A stretch of DNA of 64,000 bases from the human T2T-CHM13v2.0 reference genome, Homo sapiens. The stretch is taken from the NCBI RefSeq assembly GCF_009914755.1, contig NC_060929.1. One strand, 5' to 3'. Position 1 is the first letter of the stretch, and every line of letters begins with the position of its first letter. The translations under genes and the position numbers were made by a program. This document shows positions 29,874 through 42,287 of the stretch, piece after piece. The notes beneath the pieces are model-generated. The model was not told the DNA's origin and searched no databases. It worked only from the letters and a program-made list of their open reading frames with translations.

Positions 29874-30305
29874 TGTCACACATCCATTCTTCACCTTTCT
29901 CCTTCTCTGCTCTGTATTAAAGAGAGGCAATGCAGAGTCCCTTGTCAGTTGACTTCTGGCTGTGTTTGGCTACAAGACTGGAGGGTCGAAAGATGGGAAC
30001 ACCAAGATATTTCTCTCCTCTCTCGGTGCCTTGAGCAGAATCTCTACCATCAAAAAGCTTTCTCCCATGCCTCCTCCAGTTACACCATAATTCCAGTGAC
30101 CTCAGTCTGTGGACCCAGTAACACTGTCTCCAACATATTGTCCCTTCAAATTAGAATTAGTGGATGCTTCCTGCTATTGCTAATATTCGGGTTGTTTAAT
30201 GACCCCATTTGGCTTTTCAGCTCTTCCCTCAGCTGCATAGCCAATTAAATTCTCTCTGGTTCAAATACTTAAGATGACTCATCTTTTTTTTTTTTTTGGA
30301 CCATT
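29874..30305 (+). mobile_element. ERVL LTR33-like relic
   Basis: cttcctgctattgctaatattcgggttg...ggcttttcagctcttcc...aattaaattctctctgg resembles the LTR33 3' portion. Confidence 0.5.
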
Positions 30306-31430
30306 ATCATCCACATTTTCCAAATTAGAAAATTGGGAGTAGTTTGTCCAGGATTACAGAGTTATAAACTGGCAAATTTTGAGTCCAGTGATTCTTAAGT
30401 CATACCTCTTGGCCACTACATTATATTGCCTCTTCTTAATGAGACAACATAACAATAGGTTAGACAATAAAAAAGGTTAGAAGTATATGAAAAGGCTCCT
30501 ATCTACCCCTGCTTCATGAACAATGATCCTCCACATACTTGCTATCTTGCTGCCAATCCTTCTCCAACGGACATAGCAAGGGGTTTTGTATGGACTGTGA
30601 GTTTCGCTTTGCTAAGGGATCTAAGTTTATACTTCAGTCAATAACAATAGAGCTCTCTATTCGTTAGTTTTGGTTCTTGATTTTTTTTTTCTGGGCACCT
30701 TAAATTTCCTGTAACAAAGTGAATATATCATGACCTTCCTTAACTAGGTATCAATCTCTTATAGAGTAGAAAGTTATATCAATGGTCTATTAGACAAAGG
30801 TATAACAGTGACCAAAATGAAGGACCCATAAAGCCTTTCTGATTCTCTACTAAGTACTCTTTCCACAAAACATTTCTCTTGCATTTTATCCTATAACCTA
30901 TGCAATAAAATCTTTATGCAAGAATTGTTCAAATTTTCACCAACTACCTCAGTCTTATTACGAAAGCAATACAGGAGCTAAGTAGCACACAAGAGATAAA
31001 TAGTTTAAACACACACACGCAAACAGATGAATTTACTCAATTTTAATTGATCTTATTATCTATCCAAAGATTTTTTAGAAAAACACTCATCTATATAGTC
31101 TTCTGTAAAGAAGTTCAACAAAATTCCAACCGCATTTTGACATAGTTCATTCACTATGTTCATCTGCCAAGATTTAAAATAAATTATATTGATTTTCTGA
31201 TTATTAAAATAATAGACATATTGTGGAAAAAGTGAAAATACGAAGAGTATAAAGGAGAAAATAGCAATAATTATTCAAATCCTAGAGATAATATTTATTA
31301 ATACTTTGACTTTTTTTGCAATCTTTTAATTTTTTGTCTTTTTTTATGTAGTTGAGATTATACTATATACGTATTACATACACGTATATATAGTTTTAGG
31401 TCTTACTCTCTAAAAAATTAACATTATATT

Positions 31431-31896
31431 ATAAAAAAGGGTGAGTTCATGTCCTTTCTAGGGACATGGATGAAGCTGGAAACCATCATTCTCAGCAAAC
31501 TATCGCAAGAACAAAAAACCAAACACCACATATTCTCACTCATAGGTGGGAATTGAACAATGAGAACACTTGGACACAGGAAGGGGAACATCACACACTG
31601 GGGCCTGTCGTGGGGTGGGGGAAGGGGGAGAGGGAAAACATTAGGAGATATACCTAATGTAAATGACGAGTTAATGGGTGCAGCACACCAACATGGCACA
31701 TGTATACATATGTAACAAACCTGCATGTTGTGCACATGTACCCTAGAACGTAAAGTATAATAATAAATAAATAAATAAATAAAGGGAGAGAAAAGTAAGA
31801 AGCAATGAAAAGAAAATTAACTATTTGATGAGCATCTAAAATGTGTCAGGAATTACTAAATAAAAGAGCTCTTCCCTCTCCAAAAAAAAAAAAAAA
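31431..31896 (+). mobile_element. 5'-truncated L1PA insertion with a 3' transduction
   Basis: L1 3' end 31431-31783 with tail, non-L1 sequence 31784-31881 with AATAAA at 31859, second polyA. TSD aaaaaattaacattatatt at 31412-31430 and 31891-31909. Confidence 0.92.
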
Positions 31897-33234
31897 TTAA
31901 CATTATATTGAAAGAGTTTTCCTTCATCATTTAAATAATCTTACTTATATTTGTTAAATAGTTGCATAAAACTATAGCAAATGAACCTGCCACAAATTAT
32001 TTATACCTCTACTTGAATATTAGGTACTATTCAACTTTTTATTATTAATAGTATTTCTGCAACCATCCTTATGCCAAGATGACTGAATTTCAGATTTTTC
32101 TCTAGGCTAGATTCCTAAAATAGGATAAATTTCTAAAACTGCAATTACTGGGCCAGGAGAGTAAATATGTTCAAATGCCTGAAACATATTATCAAACTGT
32201 TTTCCAGAATAATCCAAATTTCTATTTAAATGATAAAATCACTGAAGCATTTCTAAAATATGTTCATAGTCTCTTAACAAACCTGTTTTCTTTTTTATAA
32301 AAAAAACCAAAGCTTATATCCGTTGAGTAAAATTCAAAGCTACTCATTCAGTTAAGAACTTTAAATTTATCACTACTGTTTTCTTCTACTTATTTTATTT
32401 GGGTTTGTAAAAATCTTTAAAAATACATATGCAACATGCATGAGTTTGTAATCGATTTTGAATTTGCCAGGATGAACTTTTCCACTTTCACAAGGATTAT
32501 GGTAATGATGAATAAGTTTTTCGTTTATCTTATTCCTACTGACCTTCTTAAGAGAAATTCAACTGGAAAGTTCTCCTAGTGCTGAGTGGCTCTGACAGTC
32601 CAGAGCATGTCAGATGTGGGTCCTGCTGGTGACATTCTAACATAAGCTGAAGAAAGCAATCTGTTGACATTCAGAAAGCAATAGGCAGAAAGGAAAGCTA
32701 CAATTTTCTATGTTCACCTTGTAGAATTTTAGAAAAAGTATTCAGATGCTGTTCTCTAATACTCAAATTACCATTATTTACTGCCTCTTACAAAAATGAC
32801 AGGAAAATTTGTTCAATCCATTTCCCATGGTTTTGCAAAATCTCTAGCAAATTGCCAGTCTAATATTCATGGTTGTGCCCAATCTACTGGGCAGTAGCCA
32901 TGACTCATGGTGAGATATTAAGCAACAGCCATGATGCAGGAATCAGAATGTGCATCCCCTGGCCTCAGCTCTGCCACTAATTGTGGGGTCTGAGCCACTC
33001 ACAGCAACCCAGAGTCTCGGTTTTTATATCTATAAAATAGAGTCTGGAATAAAGGGGATAAACACTCCTATTTGCTCTTACATTTCATGATTTTGATTCC
33101 TTAGTAAAGCATTGTTTTTCAATGCTAATTAAGTATTCTTCCCACATTTCTATAACCCAGTTCCCCTTAAGAACAAAATTCCAATGATGATATTCTGCCA
33201 ACTTTGGAAATGACACTATATAGGCTAATTATTT

Positions 33235-33810
33235 AAATCATTAATTCATTCCACAAACAATGCATTGTTCTTAGTAATGGGCTTGAAGTGATGAACTAGA
33301 GAGAAGAGTTTCCTGCTCCTACAGAGCTTATATTCTGAATTGTAAACATGTGAACAAATAGACAAACAAAACAATTTAAGGCAGACAATTAAACAGGGTG
33401 ATGGGTTAGAATGATTGGGTGATAGCAAATTTGCTATTTTCAGTAGGGTGGACAGGGTAGGTCCTTCTGAGGAGGACACTTAAGCTGTGAACTGAATGAT
33501 GCATAAGAGCCAGTGTGTCCAGGACATGGGCAGAAAGAATGTCAAGTGCAAAGGCCCCAAGCAGGAATGAGCTCCATTAGTTCAAAAAACAGAGAGGGCC
33601 AGTGTGGCTGGAAGTTAAGGAGCAGGAGAAAGAGTGGGTAAGAAAGAAGATTCTTAGGAGCCAGATCATGCAGACATTTGTAGAAAACATAAAGGGTTTT
33701 GCTTTTAATCTAAGAGCAATGAAAAGCTGTGGAAGGTCTTAAGTAGGGGACTGACATGATCTAAAGTATACTTTAAAAGATCACCCTGACTGTTGTGTAG
33801 AGAATAGGTT
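33235..33810 (-). mobile_element. L2
   Basis: attcattccacaaacaatgcattg...ccagtgtggctggaag...gagccagatcatgcag...ttaaaagatcaccctgactg. Confidence 0.8.
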
Positions 33811-35909
33811 GCATATTTTATTTCCAGCAATATACTAGAAAGGACTCCCTGTTCTCTCACAGAAATATTGAAAATACTAGTTTTGGGGAAAAACAACAAA
33901 AAATGCTGGATAAAATATTCTAAAATATTTAAATGCAGACATGATTTAGAAAGTAAAGGACATGCCCAGACACCAAAATCAATGAGAAAGCACAAGTCTA
34001 GACAGCTAAAAGCACTACTGAAGCCAGCTGCTATCCCGATAGCTTCAGCCCACCTCTCATACCCTGGAAGAGTCAGCTACATATAATTCCTTGCACACTG
34101 AGAAGTTCACCTGCCATGATGGGAAAAAGTAGAACAGAGGAAAGAAAATACAAAAGCTATCATGGTGCCAAATTGCAAAGCGAAAACTCAGGATTACACA
34201 AAACCTCCATAGAACTGTAACCTGGACCTGGTATTCCCTTCTCAGTTGTTTTCTGCCGTTTTTGGAGTAATCACAATCAGCCCAAAAGATTAAAGCTGGC
34301 CTTTGAAATTAAATGGGCATGACCTAAATTATTGCCCGCCTACTTTGCTGAGGTATATGCCCATAAGCCCTACAAAGGACACAATAAACACTCAAGTGTT
34401 TCTTAATTTGACTTGTCTCAGTGAAACAACAGAAGTCTTGATACTGTCCCTTGGCCATGGGGAGAGAATTCAGGGTGAATATAGGGTGAATAAAAGTGTT
34501 CAACATGTCTTCCCTTCAGCCAGCAAATTCCTTTCAGTTAGCAAACAAGAACCTGGGGAGCAACACTCAGCAATGATTCTATGATTCCTTCTTCTTTTTC
34601 CATTGTTTCTCCTCACAACTTCTCATCTGATGCTCCAAACACAGAAAAAAAAATCCAGGCAGAGTATTAGGAAACATGGATTTATGGATTGCTCCCTGCA
34701 AACTAATATTAAGTTTAAAAAATGTCTCTTGAACCAGTAAATCTACCTCTGAGAACTCAAATTTTAAAAAAAACTCAAGTATGGAAATGGTCTATATATA
34801 AAAGTATTCCACACAGTATTAATTAGTCTTAGTAGAAAAAAATATTTGAAACAGCTAAGTGAACTATGACACACTTGGTAGAATCATTATATATACATTA
34901 GAGTTGAAAATTCTTATGAAATAATGTGAAGTCCAACTGCTTAAAATTTCATTTTTAATATGATGACTTTCATGGAACTCTAGAATATTTGTTCTTTTTT
35001 TGCGGCTTGCCTGTATATTACAAAAATTATTTAAGGAATTGATATTACTTTTATAACTGAACATATATTTTAAAGACAAAATATATAAAAACAGAAAATG
35101 CATACTTTAACTTCAGTATCCTAACATTAGATAAGGAATGGAAAGAAATCCCATATACAAATTTTCTTTGAAAACAGAATCTGTAATTTTATTTTGCTAA
35201 GAATGAAATTGGGGACCACTAGGAAAAAGAGGTTAATGCTTTTAATATTAATACAAATAGTGTCAATTATCATGTAGATACAAAGCAATATCTTCAAGGA
35301 ATCACTTTTCCAAGCTGTATGTAAATTACTAAATTAAAACCTAATACCACAAAGTAAATTTGGAATCAAATAGGTAAAATGTGATATACAGTGGAGCATA
35401 GCACAATAGGAAAATGTTGAATGCATTAGGATAGAGCAATGACAAATACTAGTGAAAAGCCAATTGCTGTTTTTCTCACATGCAGACTATAGTTAATGCA
35501 CTGCCCCAGCCACTGAACACATCTGACTTAAGCTGAAGGAACTCTTGCATGGATATTTTCGTATTAAATACATGAAAGAAAAAAATTCTAACTGAAATAA
35601 AACTAATGTAATTTATATTACTATTGTTAATTAAAATGTTGAGGCTTTCCTAGTTACGATGAATAAAAACAGATCTTACAATTACAGACCCCCACATCTA
35701 AGGAAAATCAAATAGAGACTGAGTGTATTTCTCAAGGTAGCAAATACTTTTTATTTTCCTTTTTCCTATTTGCACCATTCATCAGTAGGGCAAATTTAAA
35801 GATCGAATCATGCCACTTTAAACTGTTGGCATTTACTATCTAAGGCAGAATTAAAAGATTTCATTTCAAGCCAAAGTCCATGAATACAAACGTCAATCCA
35901 ATCACTTAC

Positions 35910-35939
35910 TTGGGCTGGAAGAAGGTAAGAGGACTCTTT
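35910..35939 (-). other. Candidate 30-nt microexon
   Basis: Minus strand: tttataaatttcAG|AAAGAGTCCTCTTACCTTCTTCCAGCCCAA|GTAAGT. Frame-preserving, no internal stop in any frame, outside recognisable repeats. Confidence 0.4.
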
Positions 35940-37554
35940 CTGAAATTTATAAACACAATCCCAAAATAAAAGTTTCAAATGATGAAAGCAGAGTTTTCTC
36001 AAGCCATTCTTTCCAACAGAGCTGATAGACCCTGATTTTTTTTATATAGCAGGTAAGTAAATCCTAAATCCTAAATCTTTTTGAGGTTTTCGTGTCTCTT
36101 TTCTACATTAACATTAAAGTAATTACAAAGTGAATTTTTAAGGGTGGCAAAAATATACATGCATGTATCAGTACATGTTTTGAGAGGAGAGTGGATTGGG
36201 AAGCAATTGTGTATACTTCTTGTTTAAAACAATGTAATGCCCACTTCATGAATTCAGATAACAACATCAATGAACAGATTGCCAACCAGTTGGAATACAG
36301 GCCTAGGTTTTGAACCACTTGAATAAGCCTCCTAAGTAGGTTACAGAGTCATTCATGGAGATTATAGGGAAGGATTTCAAATAGCACCATCTGTTAGAAC
36401 CAGCACCCTGAAAATATTACCCTAGCCAATTATCACTTCAAAATACCACAGGAGTTCACTCCACCTGTGTTGGAACAACTTGGCTACAACCCATAGTTAC
36501 ATCCTGGTGTCAGCTTTGTAAACCATGGCTCAGGTTCGAGCCTATCAGTCAGTCTTGAGACACCAGCTGCTCCTAGGTGCACTTCCGTGTCTTCCCACAG
36601 ATGACTCCTGGCAACCTCATACTGGACAAGCCTTCAGGCTTTCCTTGTCAAGATCTTTTCTTCTAGGACCTCAACTTTAACCTACATCCTTTCTCATCTC
36701 TCCAGGCTAGGAGTTCTCCACATACTCTGCCCACCCTGATAGCAACTGAGGTAGGCCAGAAACTTCTCATGCACTGGTTACCTCCTGAGCCATCCACAGA
36801 AAGGGTCACAGCCTAGATGCTTACAGGTATTCAGCAGGTTACATTCAATGAGTGAAAAGTAGGCCAAACACAAGATATCAGAAATGCGTCGATGGTTGGG
36901 GGCCAGCAAATGCAGGCCCCACCTAAGGATGACAACTATTGCTCAGTCCCAGGATGTTGTCAACACGCAGGATGCAGGACAGGTGTGGCCAAATGGCCTA
37001 ACTATTCAATATATATGAAATAAACTAATTTTCAGATTTGGCTCACTTTTTTCTAAAACTGTTTGGGCCAAACAAAACATCTTATTTTAGATTTTTTATG
37101 GTAATCAAAGGGTCTTGATTCGAGTTTGAGTGGCTCTAAAAACACCTAGACTGTGACCCCAAAAAGATCCCTACTCTGTTTCCTCCTCTTAAATTTTTTT
37201 CAAGAGCTTCAGCTGCTATAGGCATTTATCTGAGAACATGAGCCAAGGTTCAGAGGCTGTGTGCCAAAGAATTCCAGCTTACACCTGCTATTGTTTCAGT
37301 GGATTAAAAACTACAACAAGCAGATAAAAAGGTCTCAGGTGCCGTTGCTGATCTCACAGAGCTGAGCATGTGCTCAGGCATTTTTGGCAGTATTCTCTGA
37401 AAACCAGTTTAGTTTCCTGGATCATCCAGAAGTAAATGTGAGAAACTCCGTTTGTGGCCCTAGAAAAGAAAGCCTCAGCACAGAGCCAAAAGGCCACAGT
37501 CAACAACAGCATAGTATAATCCCCGTCTAGCTCAGTCTTATGACAGAGATCACC

Positions 37555-38035
37555 TACTTTATGGCAGAGATTAGAGTTGCCCACTAAATATCCACTCATC
37601 TTCTTCTCCTTTCATAACAGAATCCCATTTTTTTGCTAGGTATATTTCTGCTTGGCCAAATAGCCTAAATTTACAGGCTCCCTTGCAGCTTAGTGAGGCC
37701 ATGTGACAAAATTCTGGCCAAAGAGATGTAAGAGGAAATATTGCATGGGCCTCTGGGGAAGGAGAGTACTTCTCCCTTTTCTGCTGGCTGGAAATCAGAG
37801 ATGATATCTAGTTCTTTAGCAGCTATCTTGGATCATGAGTTGATCTTGAGAATGTGAGCCATGTGCTTAGAAAATGGATAACAGAACAAGAAGGAAATTG
37901 GGTCCATGATGACCTTGCAGAATTGCCATGCCAGCCCCAAACTGCCTACTTTCAGACTTCTTTTAACATAATAAACACGTATGTCTGTATTTAATTCACT
38001 ATTTGGAAAGGAATCAGTATTATTATAGCTGAATA
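37555..38035 (+). mobile_element. MLT1 (J/K-like) LTR
   Basis: ggctcccttgcagcttagtgaggccatgtgacaaaattctggccaaagagatgtaagaggaa...gcagctatcttggatcatgag. Confidence 0.7.
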
Positions 38036-38091
38036 TAATTATGAAGCAATGAATAGTCTCTCACTTTGCTGGGTCATCTTTCTTCCACCTA

Positions 38092-38097
38092 ATTATT

Positions 38098-38138
<41 letters not shown>

Positions 38139-38419
38139 GAGACAGGGTCTCATTCCATCACCCAGGCTAGAGTGCAGTGGCATGATCACAGCTCACTACA
38201 GCCTTGAACTCTTGGGGTCAAGCGATCCTCCCACCTCAGCCTCCTGAGTAGCTAGGACTACAGGCGTGCACCACCACACCCGGCTTTTTTTTTTTTTTCT
38301 GTAGACATGTGGTCTCTCTGTGTTGTCCAGGTTGGTTTCAAACTCCTGGCCTCAAGTCAACCCTCCGCTTTGGCCTTCCAAAGTGCTGGGATTACAGGTA
38401 TGAGCCACAGTACTTGGCC
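38092..38419 (-). mobile_element. AluJ with (TTTA)n tail
   Basis: agagacagggtctcattcc...tgatcacagctcactacagccttgaactc, AluJ-type positions. Confidence 0.93.
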
Positions 38420-40697
38420 TTTTTTATCTTTTTAAACTCCTATTGTGAACTAAATTCTCCTATATACTCAAAATGTTTCTATCACACCTCCACCTTAACC
38501 AATACATACCATTCTCCCTGATAATACAAATTTCCTCCCAAGGCACAGTAGTGAGCCTCCTTTTTGCCTGTCTATTCAGCTTAGCATGGCTCACAGTTAC
38601 TGGACAGTTTGCATTTCTCTCTTCTCTCTGGAGACTGACTAGGATGCACAGTCCTTCTAGAAGATGATGCTCCTGACCCATCATTACTAAAGAATTTTGA
38701 GAAAGTATTTTCTGCCACTTTTCTACACTTTCTCTCTGCTCAAAAGCAGGTAGTATGATGAGGTAAGACCAAGAGCGAAAGCTGAGGCCACAAAAGAGAG
38801 TAAAACTAAATGGCTTACCTGGTGATAGGACCCACTGCTTTGGCCTCTAATTGGCCCTGTGCCTTCAGCCATAGAAATAAGCAGCCTTAGACATTAGCTA
38901 GAATATTGGTATTTTCAATCTCTAGTTTGAATGACAGGACCCTGAAGGCAAAACATTTCCTGTGGAGATTCTGCATTTCTGCCTGCTCTTGCTTTTATAG
39001 CTCAAACAACTCAATTTTGTTGGGCTTCAAAGTACAGTTCAAGGGATATTTTATAAGGAAAATTAATGGGCCTGGGGATATCACCAGTGTAACTCATTGA
39101 TTAGAGGGAAAATATGGAGTACGTGTAAATATTCTGTGATGGATTTGAAAAAGACACAATTATAATTATATTTGTGATTATTTCTAGTGGTACTCCCACA
39201 AATGTCCATGAAATAACATAATGCTCAATGACTTGACATTGAAACAATATGTAGGAAGCATGTGTTCCAATGGGATATTGATTATGGCTCAACTAAAGAT
39301 AACAGAATCTACTGTAGCTATTTTAAGAAGAAAAACATTTAAGACATATAATTAAATGGCTTAGAGAATCACTGGGGAGGGCTGAATACATCTAAGTTGA
39401 GCCTTCAGAAATAGTTCCCAAGCAACACCACAGAAATGGGCTGCTGGAGGAACTGCTGCCTCTTCTGGGATCAGGAAGCTACCTGCCACCTTGGGTCACT
39501 GCCAGTTCCATAACCACAGTGCTTTGCCACAGTTAGAAAGCAAACACCAGCAAGGAAGCCAGCGGATCACTAACCACTTTGATCCTGGGACCACCCAATC
39601 AGGAAGCTGCTGACCCCACTGCTACTGCTCTCAGCTCCCAAATCATACACTCCTCACTGTGTTCCTCACCAGCACAGGTGATACCTTACATCCTGCCTCT
39701 TAACACCCACACTGCTAGCAAATGGGCCCTGGACTTGTGCCAGTGCTGAAAGCAAAGCAACAAGATATCCCCATAACCCTCTGCATGGTAGATGAAATAG
39801 CAGAAGTTAGTCTCTGCTTTCCTTCCACCTACTAAATCTCATAAATCAGTACCTCTGAACTCATGTCAACTAAAGGATGCTTCACAAGGGTTCTGGTGAG
39901 CAGAATTCCCCCAACAGACTAGCACTTTCATGGATTCAGTACCTTATCTCCAGGGAAGACTAAGAGATGGTTCCAGCTTTCACAGGGCCAGGGGTACACT
40001 AGTAAGAAATTGGAATGGATGTTGAGAGATAATCCATAACATATATCACAGAATAGTTTACTTTTAATGTGTCATATTAATATATTAATAAGTATGTGCC
40101 AAATACTTTATATGCATACAACACTATATATTGACCAGGCGGCCAATAACATTTGCTGAGAAATTCACTGGGCCAGGGTCTTCAATTTCCATCTCCTAGA
40201 GCACATAGTGTCTAATCCACTATGTTTTTTATACCACCATTCACGGGATCATATTTAAGCAGCTACTGCATGAATGCTTACTTATAAGAATGAACATCAT
40301 GGTAACTATTCTGGAAAGCTTTATAAAAAGATATATACTCTCCCAAGAATCTTAATAACTGATAAGATAATACAGTAGAAATATGAACATCTATGAACTA
40401 AGTGACAGAAATATGAAAAATGTTCCAAATCAAACCTTGAAACTTAGTTATAATTACCTTAGAGGTGAATAATTTAGAAAGAAAATGGGGGAAAGGAGGT
40501 ATATTTGAATCATCACTCTCATTTGACTATTTAAGAAACATTATTTAAGTTATACTGACTACTTTTATTCCAAAGTAGCAGATACAGAAATAGTGCAAAG
40601 TAAACAGAAGTTCATACAGGGAACAAAGTGTGTAACAGAAAATGGCAAGGCACACTATCAAATACTGTGAACTGATTTTCAGACCAATGCTGAGATG

Positions 40698-41095
40698 TGT
40701 TAAAGTTAAGTTTGGCACACAGCAGATTCTTTACTTGGTAGTAAAGTTTGGCTCAAAGCAGTCTCCATACATAGCAAGCTGTAATCTAGGAGTATACCCT
40801 TGTTACCAAGCAACTGTTTCTCCGCCAATCATAGCAGCCAAATCCTCAGTCAATTCCCAGGCTGAAAGCTGCCAAATTATGCCCACATAAGGCAAACATT
40901 GAATTGCACCAACAAGGTAATCTCTATATGTTATTTCCTGTTTTCTGGTTATAAATCTAAGTCACCACAATTGGAGGTTGGGGCATTCTGAACCATTTTT
41001 AGTCTGGGATGTTGCCCAGTACTAGGACGTTTTTCTGGCTCAAATAAATTTTTTTCAATGTAATTGGTCTCTGGGTTAGTTTTCATTTTTTAATG
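40698..41095 (+). mobile_element. MER57-like ERV1 solo LTR
   Basis: tgttaaagttaagtttggc...aagtttggctcaaagcagtctccatacatag...ctgaaccattttt...gctcaaataaatt. Confidence 0.6.
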
Positions 41096-41535
41096 TCATT
41101 GAAAAAATAGTCCAAGACATTTATTTCATTCTGTTGGACACTGAAATTAATACGCTTGATAATAAATCACTAGAGAAAACAACAATTTGACTACTAATTA
41201 GGCTACCCATTTGGCAGAATCCACTCTCCAATATAACCAATTTGCAATAAATCATGTGAGAAGGCAGTGCTGGTGGTAAGGGCTATATACTATGATTGCC
41301 ATTCCCACAGCAAACTTAATACAGATGAGAATTATGGAAATGCCATGTAACATAGGAGGAATAACTAATAAGTTTCCTGGAAGCTGTTTCTTTGTTACTG
41401 TTTATATTTGTTTTTATTTTTACCGTAACAGAAACACACAAGATCAAGAAATTATGTGCCACTACTGCACTGTAAAAATCCTGTAAAAAGTAAAAACAAG
41501 TCAAGGTGTAATAGTCAGGAGACCAAACCTAAGGA

Positions 41536-41550
41536 AGGTCACTGTGACCT
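41536..41550. promoter_or_regulatory. Perfect consensus estrogen response element AGGTCActgTGACCT
   Basis: Exact AGGTCAnnnTGACCT palindrome, an extra GGTCA half-site at 41553-41557 and a forkhead-type GTAAATA at 41633-41639. Confidence 0.65.
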
Positions 41551-41854
41551 TTGGTCACCTGACTATTATACTTTCCCTGCACTTTGCAAATGTATCTTGT
41601 TGCACATTAGACTAGTACTCTAGTATTCATAGGTAAATATTCACATTGTCAGCAAGAATATCTGGCTGCACAACTGGACAAGTTGGATGATGATAATCTA
41701 CTTTCCCTACAGTCTCCTGGCAGAGGGCCATGTACACCTGGATATCAAACCATTAGTACCTTCACTCCTTGGAATTCAGATTGACCTCTAAGTTCCTTGA
41801 ACCAGTCCAGGAATAGAGAATCTTTCCAGACATGAAAAACCTTTTAATCTACTA

Positions 41855-42287
41855 CAGCTGACCCTTGAACAAGGTGGGGGTTGGGGGCATTAACCCACGT
41901 GTAGTCAAAAATTTGAGTATAACTTTTGACTCCCAAAAAACTTAACTACTAATAGGCTACTGTTGAGCAATACTATAAACAGCCAATTAACACGTATTTT
42001 GTATATTATATATATATTATATACTGTATTCTTACAATAAAGTAAGCTAGAGGAAAGAAAATGTTATTAAGAAAATCATAAGGAAAAGAAAATATATTTA
42101 CTATATATTAAGTGGAACCATATCATTCAAAAGGTCTTCATCCTCATCATCTTTGCATTGAGTAGGCTCAGGAGGAAGAAGAAGAGAAGGGGTTGGTCTT
42201 ACTGTCTCAGGGGTAGCAGAGCCAGAAGAAAATCCAAGTATAAGCAGACCCACACATTCCAGACTTGTGCTGTTCAAAGATCAACTG
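41855..42287 (+). mobile_element. Tigger2a (MER28-type) MITE, 433 bp
   Basis: TA|cagctgacccttgaaca...tgttcaaagatcaactg|TA, TIRs with TA TSD. Confidence 0.88.

Noticed and set aside
29745-30248. 167-aa Met-rich ORF
   Set aside because: Runs through a (GAT)n repeat, a MIR and an LTR relic; no recognisable domain.
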